Below are positions 29,899 through 41,088 of a stretch of DNA of 64,000 bases, one piece after another. Positions within the stretch are counted from its first letter, which is position 1. Each line of letters starts with the position of its first letter. Under the pieces are notes generated by a model, which saw only the letters and a program-made list of their open reading frames with translations, was not told the DNA's origin and ran no database searches. The stretch lies in contig CAOKKG010000002.1 of NCBI GenBank assembly GCA_948468985.1, positions 7,704 through 71,703 on the forward strand. Direction: 5' to 3'. Position numbers and translations under genes: made by a program. The stretch is from an uncultured Eubacteriales bacterium (lineage in GTDB: Bacteria > Bacillota > Clostridia > Christensenellales > Christensenellaceae).

Positions 29899-31251
29899 TC
29901 AGTTCACCTCGCCCAATGGCTTTTCCCCGTTTGGCGCTCCCTCTGCCGCGTCCCGCGCCTTGCGCCGCTCCCGCGCGGCAGCGATGCGCGCCTCGCCGCC
30001 CTGGTCGCTCGGATGATAGTATTCCCGCCCGGCCAGCTCGTCCGGCAGGTACTGCTGCGGCACATAGTGCCCCGGAAAGTCGTGCGGGTAGCGGTACCCC
30101 CTGCCGCTCCCAAGCCGCTCCGCCCCGGCGTAGTGCGTGTCGCGCAGGTGCGTGGGCACGCCCGCCACCCGGCAGTGCTCCGCGTCGAAAAAGGCCGCCT
30201 CGGCCGCGCGCGTCACGCTGTCCGACTTGGGGCATTCGCAGATGTACAATATCGCCTGCGCAATGTTGAGCCGCGCCTCTGGCATGCCGATATGCTCGAG
30301 CGCCTGCATGGCTGCCACGGCCTGCTGCATGGCCATTGGGTTGGCGAGGCCGATGTCCTCGCTGCTGTGCACGATCATGCGGCGCACGATGATGCGCGGG
30401 TCTACCCCGGCATACAGCATGCGCGCGCACCAGAACAGCGCTGCGTCACCGTCCGACCCGCGCAGCGACTTGCAGAAGGCGGACAGCATGTCATAGTATT
30501 CGCCTTCGTCGCAGCGCACAGCACGCCGCTGGATGGATTCCTCCGCGATGGATAGCGTGATGCGGATGCGCCCGTCCGCATCCGGATTGGTCGTGAGCAC
30601 GGCCAATTCCACCGCATTGAGCGCTGCGCGCACATCGCCGTTTGCGAGGTCGGCAATGTGCGCCATCGCCTCCGGCTGCACCTCGACAGACAGGTTGCCG
30701 TACCCGCGTTCCTTGTCCGAAATCGCGCGGTTGATCGCCGTCACAATGTCCTCCCGCGAAAGCGGGCAAAACCGGAACAGGCGGCACCGCGACACAATGG
30801 CCGGGGTCATGGCGATCATCGGGTTTTCCGTTGTGCTCCCGATGAAGCGGATAACACCCTGCTCGATTGCGGGGAGGATGCTGTCCGACTGCGCCTTACT
30901 CCAGCGGTGGCATTCGTCGAGCAGCAGGTAGGTCGCCTGCCCATAGACCTTTTGCCGGTGCTCCGCCTCACTAAGCAGCTTGCGCACCTCGCCCACGCCG
31001 GTGGAGACGGCGTTGACGCGGCAAAAGGCGGATCGGGTCGTGTTGGCGATGATCTGTGCGAGCGTCGTCTTGCCGCAGCCGGGCGGCCCGAAGAAGATGC
31101 TCGACGAGAGCTTGTCCGCCAAAATCGCCCGCCGCAGCAGCTTGCCCTCGCCCAGGATGTGCCGCTGCCCCACGAATTCCTCGAGCGTCCGCGGGCGCAT
31201 GCGATCCGCAAGCGGTGCGCTCTGTTTCTGATTCTGCAAAAATAAATCCAT
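29899..31251 (-). CDS. rarA: Replication-associated recombination protein A (MgsA)
   Basis: PLADRMRP, GPPGCGKTT, LDECHRW, GSTTENP, KSLRGSD, SEDIGLA, VPTHLRD, YRYPHD. Confidence 0.95.
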   Translation of the reverse strand: MDLFLQNQKQSAPLADRMRPRTLEEFVGQRHILGEGKLLRRAILADKLSSSIFFGPPGCGKTTLAQIIANTTRSAFCRVNAVSTGVGEVRKLLSEAEHRQKVYGQATYLLLDECHRWSKAQSDSILPAIEQGVIRFIGSTTENPMIAMTPAIVSRCRLFRFCPLSREDIVTAINRAISDKERGYGNLSVEVQPEAMAHIADLANGDVRAALNAVELAVLTTNPDADGRIRITLSIAEESIQRRAVRCDEGEYYDMLSAFCKSLRGSDGDAALFWCARMLYAGVDPRIIVRRMIVHSSEDIGLANPMAMQQAVAAMQALEHIGMPEARLNIAQAILYICECPKSDSVTRAAEAAFFDAEHCRVAGVPTHLRDTHYAGAERLGSGRGYRYPHDFPGHYVPQQYLPDELAGREYYHPSDQGGEARIAAARERRKARDAAEGAPNGEKPLGEVN

Positions 31252-31375
31252 CCTGCCCTGCCTCATTTCCCCTATTATTTCATATACTGTCTAGTATAAC
31301 ACATTTTTTTGCCCGCCTCCCCGGAAAAATTTCCCCGCTTTGCGCCAAAAGGCGGCATTTATTTGCAGAAAGCAG

Positions 31376-31404
31376 TTGACCAAAATTGCAAATATGAGTA
31401 AAAT
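31376..31404 (+). promoter_or_regulatory. Sigma-A promoter of serC-serA
   Basis: TTGACC-17nt-TAAAAT. Confidence 0.7.
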
Positions 31405-31456
31405 CAATGTATTATCATACTAACAGTTTCCAATTTTTTTATAGGAGGATTTGATT

Positions 31457-32539
31457 TTGAAACGCGTGTATAACTTTGCCGCCGGCCCCGCCGCGTTGCC
31501 GCTTAGCGTGCTTGAAAAGGCGCAAAAGGAATTGACCGACCTGCACGGCACAGGCATGTCCGTCATGGAGATGAGTCATCGATCTTCCACCTTCCAGGCC
31601 ATTGCCGACGACGCCGAGGCGCGCCTGCGCCGGCTGCTCGACATCCCGGAAACTTATAAAGTGCTGTTTTTGCAGGGCGGCGCTTCCCTGCAATTCGATA
31701 TGCTGCCCATGAACCTGATGCACGACACCAAGCGGGCGTATTATGTGAATTCCGGCAATTTCGCCAAAAAGGCCGCGAAGGAGGCCGCGCTGTTTGGCGA
31801 GGTCGTCATCCCCGCCTCTTCGGAGGAGGATGCCTACACGCACCTGCCCACCCTGCGGCCGGAGATGTTTGCCGGCCCCGCAGACTATGTGCACATTACC
31901 TATAACAACACGATCTATGGCACGGAGTTCCGCGCCGTCCCGGATGTGGCCGGGCACACGCTCGTGGCCGACATGACCTCGTGCATTTTGTCCGAGCCGA
32001 TCCGCGTGTCCGACTTCGGCGCGATCTATGCCGGGGCGCAAAAAAACATTGGCCCGGCTGGGCTCACCGTCGTCCTCATCCGCGAAGATCTGATCGGTTT
32101 GGTGAAAAACCTGCCCAGCATGCTCGACTATGCCGTGCATGCAAAGAACGGATCCATGTACAACACGCCGCCGACCTTCGCCATCTACATGGCCGGGCTG
32201 GTGTTCGAATGGATGGAGGAGCAGGGCGGCGTCCCGGCCATCTATGAGGCCAACCAGCGCAAAGCGGCCATGCTATACAACTATTTGGACAACGCTTCCC
32301 GCCTGTTCCACGGCATTGTCACGAACAAGGCCGACCGCTCGCTCATGAGCGTGACCTTCACCTCCGGCGACGCGGAGCTAGACGCGCAGTTCTGCAAGGA
32401 GGCGACGGCGGCCGGGCTGTGCAACCTGAAGGGGCACCGCGTGGCTGGCGGCATGCGCGCCAGCCTCTATAACGCCGTCACCGAGGAAGCGACGGCGGCG
32501 CTCGTCCGCTTTATGGCCGACTTTGAAGCCAGACACTGA
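31457..32539 (+). CDS. serC: Phosphoserine aminotransferase
   Basis: NFAAGPA, MEMSHRS, QGGAS, YAGAQKNIGPAG, NTPP, KGHR-x2-GGMRAS; TTG start 8 nt after AGGAGG. Confidence 0.96.
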   Translation: MKRVYNFAAGPAALPLSVLEKAQKELTDLHGTGMSVMEMSHRSSTFQAIADDAEARLRRLLDIPETYKVLFLQGGASLQFDMLPMNLMHDTKRAYYVNSGNFAKKAAKEAALFGEVVIPASSEEDAYTHLPTLRPEMFAGPADYVHITYNNTIYGTEFRAVPDVAGHTLVADMTSCILSEPIRVSDFGAIYAGAQKNIGPAGLTVVLIREDLIGLVKNLPSMLDYAVHAKNGSMYNTPPTFAIYMAGLVFEWMEEQGGVPAIYEANQRKAAMLYNYLDNASRLFHGIVTNKADRSLMSVTFTSGDAELDAQFCKEATAAGLCNLKGHRVAGGMRASLYNAVTEEATAALVRFMADFEARH

Positions 32540-32542
32540 GGT

Positions 32543-33721
32543 ATGCCCATGTATCAAATCAAGACATTAAATGCGATCTCGCCCATCATCCACACGCACC
32601 TGCCCAAAGAGCGCTATTTGGTGAGCGCCGACCTGCCGGAAGCAGAGGCGGACGCCTTCCTGCTGCGCAGTGCGGACTGCCACGACCTCCCCCTGCGGGA
32701 AAACTACCTCGCCTTTGCCCGCGCGGGCGCCGGGTTCAACAACATCCCGGTCGAGGAATGTACTCGCCGGGGCATCGCCGTGTTCAATACGCCAGGCGCC
32801 AACGCCAACGCCGTCAAGGAACTCGTGCTGTGCGCGCTCTTTTTGGGCTCGCGCGACATCGTAGGCGGCATTTCCTGGGCCAAGGGGCTGGCCGGACAAG
32901 GCAGCGCGATCGCCAAGGCCGTGGAAAAGGGCAAAAAGCAATTCGTGGGGCCGGAAATTGCGGGCAAGACGCTGGGCGTCATCGGCCTCGGGGCCATCGG
33001 CGTGCTCGTCGCCAACACGGCGGCCAAGCTGGGCATGAAGGTCATCGGCTATGACCCGTTCATCTCCATCGACAACGCGTGGCACCTCTCGGTGGATGTG
33101 CAGCACGCGCTGCACATGGAGGATCTGCTCGGCGCGGCGGACTATATCACCATTCATGTGCCGCTCATGGACAGCACGCGCAACTACCTGGATGCGGCGC
33201 AGATTGCGCAGATGAAGGACGGCGTCGTCCTTTTGAACTTCGCGCGCGACGGGCTCATCAACGAGGAGGCGCTCTTTGCCGCGCTGGACAGCGGCAAGGT
33301 CGCGCGGTACCTCACCGACTTCCCGGACGACGCCTGCCTGTCGCACAGCAAGGTGATCTGCACGCCGCACCTCGGCGCGTCCACCCCGGAGTCCGAGGAA
33401 AACTGCGCGTCCATGGCGGCGGAGGAGTTGCGCGACTATCTGGAGACCGGCGCGATCCGCAATTCCGTCAACCTCCCGGCCTGCCCGCTCTCGCCCAGCC
33501 GGCATTCCCGCCTCACGGTCATCCACGGCAATGTGTCCGGCCTGATCGCCAAGATCAGCAGCATCCTGAGCGACGCCAACATCAACATCGAGGAAATGGT
33601 CAACAAATCCCGCGGGGAGATCGCCTATTCCGTGTTCGACCTGAATGAACACCCCTCCGGCGAGGTCATGGCAAAGATCGCCGCTGCGGAAGGCGTCCGA
33701 AAGGCGCGCTGCATCCGCTGA
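32543..33721 (+). CDS. serA: D-3-phosphoglycerate dehydrogenase with ACT domain
   Basis: RAGAG-x-NNIP, NTPGANANAV, GVIGLGAIG, NFAR, TPHLGAST-x-ESE. Confidence 0.93.
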   Translation: MPMYQIKTLNAISPIIHTHLPKERYLVSADLPEAEADAFLLRSADCHDLPLRENYLAFARAGAGFNNIPVEECTRRGIAVFNTPGANANAVKELVLCALFLGSRDIVGGISWAKGLAGQGSAIAKAVEKGKKQFVGPEIAGKTLGVIGLGAIGVLVANTAAKLGMKVIGYDPFISIDNAWHLSVDVQHALHMEDLLGAADYITIHVPLMDSTRNYLDAAQIAQMKDGVVLLNFARDGLINEEALFAALDSGKVARYLTDFPDDACLSHSKVICTPHLGASTPESEENCASMAAEELRDYLETGAIRNSVNLPACPLSPSRHSRLTVIHGNVSGLIAKISSILSDANINIEEMVNKSRGEIAYSVFDLNEHPSGEVMAKIAAAEGVRKARCIR

Positions 33722-33736
33722 CTTCCCCATAAAAAC

Positions 33737-33767
33737 AGCGCACAGAACGGTCTGTGCGCTTTTTTTA
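33737..33767 (+). terminator. Terminator after serA
   Basis: AGCGCACAGA-4nt-TCTGTGCGCT-T run. Confidence 0.85.
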
Positions 33768-33909
33768 TGAAATTTCCTTGAATTTTCTTGGCCTGCTTTG
33801 TGCTGTCCCATTGCCTCGGGCGGCGATATATGGTATAACTAGAAGCACAAACGACTTCTTTCCCCGCCCGGCTTTGGGGCGTGGGTTGAGAATAGCAGGA
33901 GGGTTTTTC

Positions 33910-35244
33910 ATGGGAATTAAGGTGTGCGACCAAACCCTGCGGACATTTCTGGACGCGCGGGATCTCGCCTATCTGGAGGAAGCGGCCGCGGGCGCGCACA
34001 AGCTCCTTGTGGGCAAAAACGGCGCGGGCAGCGACTTTCTCGGGTGGCTTTCCTATCCCGAAACCTATGACCGCGCGGAATATGCCCGCGTGCAAGAGGC
34101 GGCGCGGCGCATCCGCGAGACCAGCGATGTGCTCATCGTCATCGGCATCGGCGGATCCTACCTCGGCGCGCTGTCTGCGATCGAGCTGCTCCGGGGGCGC
34201 TTCCACAACCTGAAGGCGGACGGCCTGCAGGTCTTTTTTGCGGGCAATAATTTAAGCGCCTCCTACCTAAACGAGCTGCTGGCGCTGTGCGAGGGGCGGG
34301 AGGTGTCCGTCAATGTCATTTCCAAATCGGGCACCACGACCGAACCGGCCATCGCCTTCCGCATCTTCAAGCAGTATCTGGAGCAGCGCTATGGCCGCGC
34401 GGAGGCGGCGCAGCGCATCTATGTCACGACCGACCGAAAAAAGGGAACGCTCAAGGCGCTGGCCGATGCGGAGGGGTATGAGACCTTCGTCGTCCCGGAC
34501 GACATCGGCGGCCGGTATTCGGTGCTGACCTCTGTCGGAATGCTCCCCATCGCGGCCGCGGGGTGCGACACGGGAGCCATCCTCTCGGGCGCGGGAGATG
34601 CGATGCGCGAACTGGCCGCCCCGGGGCTAGCTAACCCGGCCTATCACTATGCCGCACTGCGGAACGCACTGTACCGCAAGGGCAAGACGACGGAGATCCT
34701 CGTGGGGTATGAACCCGATCTCGTCTCCTTCCAGGAATGGTGGAAGCAACTGTTCGGCGAGAGCGAGGGCAAGGACGGTAAGGGCATCTTCCCGGCATCC
34801 GTCTGCTTCTCCACCGACCTGCACTCGATGGGGCAGTACATCCAGCAGGGGCTGCGCAACCTGTTCGAGACCGTGCTCTTCTTCCGGCAGCCCAAGCAGG
34901 AATACATCATCCCCTGCGACGATGCCAATGCCGACGGCCTCTCCTTCCTTGACCGCATGCCCGTGAGCCAGGTCAACCACCGCGCGTTTGAGGCGGCGCT
35001 GCTGGCGCACACGGACGGCGGCGTGCCCAACATCGTGCTGGAGGCCGAGCGTATCGACGCCTATACCTATGGCTACCTCGTGTACTTCTTTGAAAAGGCG
35101 TGCGCCGCGTCGGGGTATATGCTGGGCGTCAACCCCTTTAACCAACCCGGCGTGGAGGATTATAAGGTCAACATGTTCGCCCTGCTCGGCAAACCGGGAT
35201 ATGCCGAAAACCGCGCGCAGTTGGAATCACGCCTGTGGCGGTAA
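33910..35244 (+). CDS. pgi: Glucose-6-phosphate isomerase
   Basis: [48 protein letters not shown]. Confidence 0.97.
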   Translation: MGIKVCDQTLRTFLDARDLAYLEEAAAGAHKLLVGKNGAGSDFLGWLSYPETYDRAEYARVQEAARRIRETSDVLIVIGIGGSYLGALSAIELLRGRFHNLKADGLQVFFAGNNLSASYLNELLALCEGREVSVNVISKSGTTTEPAIAFRIFKQYLEQRYGRAEAAQRIYVTTDRKKGTLKALADAEGYETFVVPDDIGGRYSVLTSVGMLPIAAAGCDTGAILSGAGDAMRELAAPGLANPAYHYAALRNALYRKGKTTEILVGYEPDLVSFQEWWKQLFGESEGKDGKGIFPASVCFSTDLHSMGQYIQQGLRNLFETVLFFRQPKQEYIIPCDDANADGLSFLDRMPVSQVNHRAFEAALLAHTDGGVPNIVLEAERIDAYTYGYLVYFFEKACAASGYMLGVNPFNQPGVEDYKVNMFALLGKPGYAENRAQLESRLWR

Positions 35245-35257
35245 TATATCGAAATGC

Positions 35258-35292
35258 AAAAATAGAGCAGCCATTTGGCTGCTCTATTTTTT
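35258..35292. terminator. Bidirectional terminator between pgi and aspartokinase
   Basis: AAAAATAGAGCAGCC-4nt-GGCTGCTCTATTTTT. Confidence 0.9.
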
Positions 35293-35305
35293 AATCTTTT
35301 GGATA

Positions 35306-36622
35306 TTACATGTCGGCAAAGGCGTCGTGGATGGCGACCATCGTGCGCTCGAAATCCTCGTTCTTAACGCCGACGATGATGTTCATCTCGCTCGAACCCT
35401 GGTCAATCATGCGTACATTGATGTTGGCCTTGGCCATCGCGGAAAATAGCGTCGCCGCCGTACCGATGCTTTCCCGCATACGCTTGCCGACCGTCGCGAT
35501 GAGCGCCAGGTTGCGCACAATCTCCACGCTGTCCGGTTCACAGGTGCGGTGAATGTCGTCCACAATGTCATTGATATTGTCCTTGACCTTCGCGTCCTCG
35601 AGCACGACGCACAGCGTGTCGATGCTGGAGGGCATGTGTTCGAACGGGATGCCGTACTTTTCAATGCAAGCGAGCACCCGGCGGCCGAAGCCGAGCTCCG
35701 TGTTCATGCCATTCTTTTCAATCGAAATGATTGTGAAGTTCTTTTTGCCGGCAATGCCTGTGACGGGCGGACCGTCATAGCTCTCGATGGTCGGGAGAAT
35801 CATCGTGCCCGAGTCCTCCGGCGCATTCGTGTTGCGCACATTGATCGGGATCGCGTATTTATACACCGGGAAGATCGAATCCTCGTGCAGCACCGCTGCG
35901 CCCATATAGCTCAGCTCGCGCAGCTCGCGGTAGGTGATCGATTCCACCTTTTTCGCGTGCTTGACGATGCGCGGATCGACCATATAGAACCCGGACACAT
36001 CCGTCCAGTTTTCGTACAGGTCTGCCCGCACCGCCGCGGACACGATCGCACCCGTGACATCTGACCCGCCGCGCGAGAAGGTCTTGATCGACCCGTTGGG
36101 CATGCTCCCGTAAAAACCCGGGATCACCGCGCGCTCGAGGCCGCGCAGCCGCTCAGACAGCGCCTTTTCGGTGCGCTTTTCGTCGTATTTGCCGCGCTTG
36201 TCAAACAGGATCACCTCTGCCGCATCCACAAAGGCATAGCCCAGGTAGTCTGCGATCAGCATGCCGTTTAGGTATTCGCCGCGGCTCGCCGCGTAGTCCG
36301 CGCCCGCCCCATCGAGCAGGTTCTTCAAAACCTCCTCCAGCCGAGCCTCGATGTTGACCGACAGGCCGAGGTCGCGCTTGATGTCCGTAAAGCGGGCAAA
36401 AATCTTGTCATAAAAGGGGCGGTAGTCCTCGCCCTGCTCAATTGCGCTCTCCAGACCATAGAGCAGGTCCGTCACCTTGATCTGATACCGGTCAGATTTG
36501 CCCGGCGCCGAGGGCACGATATAGCGGCGCGCCGGGTCGGCCTCGATGATCTTTTTCACCTTGGCGATCTGCACCGCGTCCGCAAGGGAGGTTCCTCCGA
36601 ATTTCGCCACCTTGATTTCCAT
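35306..36622 (-). CDS. Aspartate kinase (two ACT domains)
   Basis: KFGGTSLAD, VPSAPGK, SRGEY, TFSRGGSD, WTDVSG, ELRELSYMGA-x-VLH. Confidence 0.95.
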   Translation of the reverse strand: MEIKVAKFGGTSLADAVQIAKVKKIIEADPARRYIVPSAPGKSDRYQIKVTDLLYGLESAIEQGEDYRPFYDKIFARFTDIKRDLGLSVNIEARLEEVLKNLLDGAGADYAASRGEYLNGMLIADYLGYAFVDAAEVILFDKRGKYDEKRTEKALSERLRGLERAVIPGFYGSMPNGSIKTFSRGGSDVTGAIVSAAVRADLYENWTDVSGFYMVDPRIVKHAKKVESITYRELRELSYMGAAVLHEDSIFPVYKYAIPINVRNTNAPEDSGTMILPTIESYDGPPVTGIAGKKNFTIISIEKNGMNTELGFGRRVLACIEKYGIPFEHMPSSIDTLCVVLEDAKVKDNINDIVDDIHRTCEPDSVEIVRNLALIATVGKRMRESIGTAATLFSAMAKANINVRMIDQGSSEMNIIVGVKNEDFERTMVAIHDAFADM

Positions 36623-36644
36623 AAATACTCCTTGCGCCGCGCGC

Positions 36645-38111
36645 TCAATCCGACTTTTTCTTAAACAGGTTGGAGATCTTGAACTCTTTGAGCTTAGAAA
36701 GCGCACCGGATACCTCCTCCGAGGCGTCCTGTACCGGCGCTTCCTGTGCCGTTTCCCCGTCCTCTCCTGCCTCCAGAGTGTCCCCGGGGAGTTCCTCTTC
36801 CTCCGGGATCTCCTCATGCTCGGTGAGCAGGCGGCATTCCACATAGTAGCGCTTTTCGTTGGCCTCGCCGAGCGAGAAGCACTTCTTCGGGAATACGCCC
36901 ATCTCGGACAGCGTGTCAAAGAAGGTGGATTTCTCCATCGCGGGCATCACAAAGCCCAGCGTGTCATATTCCTGCGTCACGCGCTCGAATTCCTCGTCGC
37001 CGTGGACATATTCCAGCTTGGCGAGCGGGTATTCGCGCACAAAGTCCTCCAGCACCGGCTGCAGCTGTTCGACCAGCATACGCGTCGTGGGGGAATTGAT
37101 CTCGATCCGACCGGCGCTGGACTTGCTCGTAAAGAAGAGGGTCTCCGGCGCTTCCGACACCTGCATGGAGGGCTTGCGGCGCGAGAACACGAGCCGCGCG
37201 TCCGCCCCGACAGAATTCAGGTGGTCGACGACATACTGGATGCACATGGAACTGCTCACGCCGGAGATCACGCGGTGAATGGGCAGAAGCGGCATCGCCG
37301 GATCGTGCAGGTTGACGAGCTCACACATCGCATAGCGCAGCGGGCTAGTCTCCTGTTCCTCGGGCGAGAGAGTCTGCTTGGCCTCTTCCCAGATGGCCTT
37401 GGCCGTCGCGAGGGAATGGTTGCCGTCGCCCACACAGAAGCGCATGCCGTCCCGGGTCTTTAAAAGCGAGAGCTGATGCAGGATCTCCTCCTCCACCGCC
37501 TTGTCCTCGATGAGGTAGCCAGTCACGCGGCCGCCGTGCAGCATGAGGTCGATGTCATACAGCTTCGTGAAAGATTCGCGCTTGCGCCAAACCGGTTCGA
37601 TGACCCGGTTCTGCACATCGTCCATCAAGAGGAAGATGTGCGGCATCTCCAGCTCCGCGCCGGAACGGAGGTCCATGCGCGCCCGGACGCGCTCCTCCAG
37701 CACTTCCTCACTGGCGCGGATCTGCGCCTTTTTAAAGGGATCCGCATCGAATTCCTCGAGGTCCACAAGCACCATGAGCCCCTTGCGCACGCGGCGGTTG
37801 ATCGTCCGTTCGACCAGGATAAAGCCCTGCGGCAGCAGCGTCAGCACGCCGTCGTCGATATAGCGGGTCATGACCTCCTTGGCGCTCTGGATGCGCTCGT
37901 CCTGATCCGGCATGCCGAGGTAGATTTCCGGCAGCATGATATGCAGCGACGAGGGGCTGCCGCCGACGATGCGCTCCACCTCGTGCCAATAGGCCTCGTT
38001 CGTCGTATACTGATCGCAGGCGATCACGGCCCATTTACGCATATTGACCTTTTTATCCGGCAGCAGTGCTTCCGGCACGGCGAGTCCGATCTGTTGATAC
38101 TTTTGTTCCAT
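36645..38111 (-). CDS. DUF1015-family protein with acidic C-terminal tail
   Basis: WAVIACDQYT, PSSLHIMLPE, VGDGNHSLATAK, ELVNLHD, PIHRV, FPKKCFSLGEA. Confidence 0.78.
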   Translation of the reverse strand: MEQKYQQIGLAVPEALLPDKKVNMRKWAVIACDQYTTNEAYWHEVERIVGGSPSSLHIMLPEIYLGMPDQDERIQSAKEVMTRYIDDGVLTLLPQGFILVERTINRRVRKGLMVLVDLEEFDADPFKKAQIRASEEVLEERVRARMDLRSGAELEMPHIFLLMDDVQNRVIEPVWRKRESFTKLYDIDLMLHGGRVTGYLIEDKAVEEEILHQLSLLKTRDGMRFCVGDGNHSLATAKAIWEEAKQTLSPEEQETSPLRYAMCELVNLHDPAMPLLPIHRVISGVSSSMCIQYVVDHLNSVGADARLVFSRRKPSMQVSEAPETLFFTSKSSAGRIEINSPTTRMLVEQLQPVLEDFVREYPLAKLEYVHGDEEFERVTQEYDTLGFVMPAMEKSTFFDTLSEMGVFPKKCFSLGEANEKRYYVECRLLTEHEEIPEEEELPGDTLEAGEDGETAQEAPVQDASEEVSGALSKLKEFKISNLFKKKSD

Positions 38112-38443
38112 ATTCCAACATCCTTCCACACAGCCTCGGGGAAGCGGATCTTCGTCCCTTGCCTGCGTCCTATTTCTATCGAAAATTTATCGGATTTTGC
38201 AAAAATTAAAATACAGTTACTACTATACCATATGCGCCGCGCATCTTCAACTTTTTTCTGTAAATTCCCATCCGCGCCGCGCTTTTCCATGCACACGGGG
38301 GAAGCAAGACCGCCTTTATTGACAAAGCCCCAACCATAATATAATATTAGATGCATAAAAAACCGTATCAATACTGCACCGGGACGCCCCCGCGCCCTGG
38401 GTCGGCTGCCGGTGGGCGGCCCGCAAAAGGAGTGTATTCCATC

Positions 38444-40879
38444 GTGAATTTACCAGAAGTTGAAAAGAAATGGCAAAAGATCTGGGAGGAGACCGGACTG
38501 TACCATTTCGATCGTCACAGCGACAAGCCCAAAAAATATGTGCTTGAAATGTTCTCCTACCCCTCGGGCGCCAAGCTGCATGTCGGGCATTGGTATAACT
38601 TCGGCCTGGCTGATTCCTACGCGCGCTACCTGCGCATGAAGGGCTACAATGTCTTCCAGCCGATGGGCTTTGACGCGTTCGGCCTGCCCGCCGAAAACTA
38701 TGCGATCAAGACGGGCATCCACCCGAAAGATTCCACGATCGCCAACATCGCGACGATGGAAAAGCAGTTAAAAGCCATGGGCGGCTCCTTCGACTGGGAC
38801 TATGAAGTCAAGACCTGCATGCCCGAGTATTATAAATGGACGCAGTGGTGCTTTTTGCAGCTATATAAGAAGGGTCTCGCCTATCGCGCCGCGGCGCCGG
38901 TCAACTGGTGCCCGCACTGCAACACCGTGCTCGCCAACGAGCAGGTCGTGGACGGCGAATGCGAGCGGTGCCACACGCCCGTCACGCGCAAGCACCTGAC
39001 ACAGTGGTTCTTCAAAATCACCGACTATGCGGAGGAGCTGCTTGCTGACCTCGACGGGCTGGACTGGCCGGAAAAGACCAAGCTCATGCAAAAGCACTGG
39101 ATCGGCAAGTCCACGGGCAGCGAAGTGACCTTCGACATCGTGGGCGGCGGGCAGCTCTCCGTCTTTACGACGCGCGCAGACACGCTGTACGGCTGCACCT
39201 ATGTCGTCATCTCGCCGGAGCACCCGATGGTCGATTCACTCACCACACCGGAACAGAAGGAGGCCGTCGAGGCGTACAAGAAATACGCCGCCGCGTCGAA
39301 CGAGATCGACCGCCTCTCCTCTACGCGCGAAAAGACGGGCGTGTTCACCGGTTCGTATGCGGTGAACCCAGTGAACGGCCGCAAGGTGCCGATCTGGGCG
39401 GCGGACTATGTCCTCGCAAGCTACGGCACGGGCGTCGTCATGGCCGTCCCGGCGCACGACGAGCGCGATTTTGCGTTTGCGACCAAATACAACCTGCCCA
39501 TCGAGCGCGTCGTCGCCGCGAAAAACCCGGGACAGGACGATGCGCTGCCCTTCTGCGACTATGAGGGCGTGCTCGTGAACAGTCACGCATTCGACGGTCT
39601 TTCCGTTGTGGAGGGCAAACAGGCCGTGACCGAGCATCTGGAAAAGCGCGGCAAGGGTGGGTTCAAGACGACCTACCGCCTGCGCGACTGGCTGATCTCG
39701 CGGCAGCGGTACTGGGGCGCGCCTATCCCGATCATCCACTGCCCGCACTGCGGCGATGTACCGGTGCCGGAAAAGGACCTCCCGGTGGAGCTGCCCTATG
39801 ATGTCGACTTCACGCCGGACGGCACCTCGCCGCTCGCCAAGCACGCGGGCTTTATGAACTGCAAATGCCCGGTCTGCGGCGCGGATGCGCAGCGCGACCC
39901 GGACACGATGGACACCTTCGTATGCTCCTCGTGGTACTACCTGCGCTATCCCGACAACAAGGACGCCAAGATGGCGTGGGACCCGGCGATCATCAACAGG
40001 ATGCTCCCGGTGGACAAGTATGTCGGTGGCGCGGAGCATGCCTGCATGCACCTTCTGTATTCGCGGTTCTTCACCAAGGCATTCCGCGACATGGGCTACC
40101 TCGATTTCGACGAACCCTTCCTCTCGCTCGTCCATCAGGGGACGATCCTGGGGCCGGACGGCGAAAAAATGAGCAAGTCCAAGGGCAATGTCGTCTCGCC
40201 GGACACCTATGTGCAGAAATACGGCGCGGATGTGTTCCGCATGTACCTGGGCTTTGGCTTTGCCTACATCGAGGGCGGCCCGTGGAACGACGGCGGCATC
40301 CGCTCGATCGCCAAATACCTCGACCGTGTGGAGCGCCTTGTGGACCGCGTCTATGCCGCAGACCTAGCGCAGAGCGACCCCGCGGCGGACAAGAAGGACC
40401 TGACCTTCGTGCTGCACCGCTCGATCAAGGCGGTGGACGCGGACCTATCGACCTTCTCCTTCAACACGGCCATTGCCCGCATGATGGAGCTCACGAACGC
40501 GCTGTATAAATACACGGATACGCCGTTTGACATCGACTTCGCCAAGGAATGCGTGCGCACGCTGCTGCTGCTCATGGCGCCGGTCGCGCCGCACTTTGCG
40601 GAGGAGCTCTGGGAACGCATCGGCGGGAGCTACAGCATCTTTAACGCCGCCTTCCCGGCCTATGAGGAGGCTCTGCTCGTCAAGGACGAGACGACCTATC
40701 CCTTGCAGGTCAACGGCAAGGTCAAGGAACGCTTCTCTGTGCCCTCTGATTTTTCGCGGGAGCAGATCGAGGCGTTTGTCCGCGAACACTTCGCGTCCTA
40801 CTTTGACGGCATGGAGGTCGTCAAGCTGATTGTCGTGCCGGGGCGGATCGTCAACCTCGTCCTGAAGCCGCAAAAATAA
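38444..40879 (+). CDS. leuS: Leucyl-tRNA synthetase
   Basis: MFSYPSG-x-KLHVGH, VFTTR-x-[16 protein letters not shown]-x-[11 protein letters not shown]; GTG start. Confidence 0.97.
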   Translation: MNLPEVEKKWQKIWEETGLYHFDRHSDKPKKYVLEMFSYPSGAKLHVGHWYNFGLADSYARYLRMKGYNVFQPMGFDAFGLPAENYAIKTGIHPKDSTIANIATMEKQLKAMGGSFDWDYEVKTCMPEYYKWTQWCFLQLYKKGLAYRAAAPVNWCPHCNTVLANEQVVDGECERCHTPVTRKHLTQWFFKITDYAEELLADLDGLDWPEKTKLMQKHWIGKSTGSEVTFDIVGGGQLSVFTTRADTLYGCTYVVISPEHPMVDSLTTPEQKEAVEAYKKYAAASNEIDRLSSTREKTGVFTGSYAVNPVNGRKVPIWAADYVLASYGTGVVMAVPAHDERDFAFATKYNLPIERVVAAKNPGQDDALPFCDYEGVLVNSHAFDGLSVVEGKQAVTEHLEKRGKGGFKTTYRLRDWLISRQRYWGAPIPIIHCPHCGDVPVPEKDLPVELPYDVDFTPDGTSPLAKHAGFMNCKCPVCGADAQRDPDTMDTFVCSSWYYLRYPDNKDAKMAWDPAIINRMLPVDKYVGGAEHACMHLLYSRFFTKAFRDMGYLDFDEPFLSLVHQGTILGPDGEKMSKSKGNVVSPDTYVQKYGADVFRMYLGFGFAYIEGGPWNDGGIRSIAKYLDRVERLVDRVYAADLAQSDPAADKKDLTFVLHRSIKAVDADLSTFSFNTAIARMMELTNALYKYTDTPFDIDFAKECVRTLLLLMAPVAPHFAEELWERIGGSYSIFNAAFPAYEEALLVKDETTYPLQVNGKVKERFSVPSDFSREQIEAFVREHFASYFDGMEVVKLIVVPGRIVNLVLKPQK

Positions 40880-40885
40880 CCACCT

Positions 40886-40915
40886 GCCGCCGCGCCCACC
40901 GCACGGCGGCTTTTT
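40886..40915 (+). terminator. Terminator after leuS
   Basis: GCCGCCG...CGGCGGC-TTTTT. Confidence 0.75.
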
Positions 40916-40938
40916 GCCCTTTTTCGAAAAGGGCGCCC

Positions 40939-41052
40939 ATGACTTTGCCGCAATGCCGCTATCTGGTGGAGATTGCCCGCCACACCTCGCTTTCGCAGGC
41001 CGCCGCCTTTTTGGACACGCTCCAAGAGGTTGTGCGGAAATTGGAAGGATGA
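40939..41052 (+). pseudogene. 37-aa LysR-type regulator remnant (N- and C-termini joined)
   Basis: MTLPQCRYLVEIARHTSLSQAA resembles the start of a LysR HTH; AFLDTLQEVVRKLEG* resembles a LysR C-terminal helix. Confidence 0.7.
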
Positions 41053-41053
41053 C

Positions 41054-41088
41054 AAAAAGCAGTGTGCCCCAAAACACACTGCTTTTTT
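41054..41088. terminator. Bidirectional terminator
   Basis: AAAAAGCAGTGTG-8nt-CACACTGCTTTTT, perfect 13-bp stem. Confidence 0.9.

Noticed and set aside
38345-38443. T-box upstream of leuS
   Set aside because: The leader is about 95 nt with no GGTGGTACCGCG-like motif or terminator.
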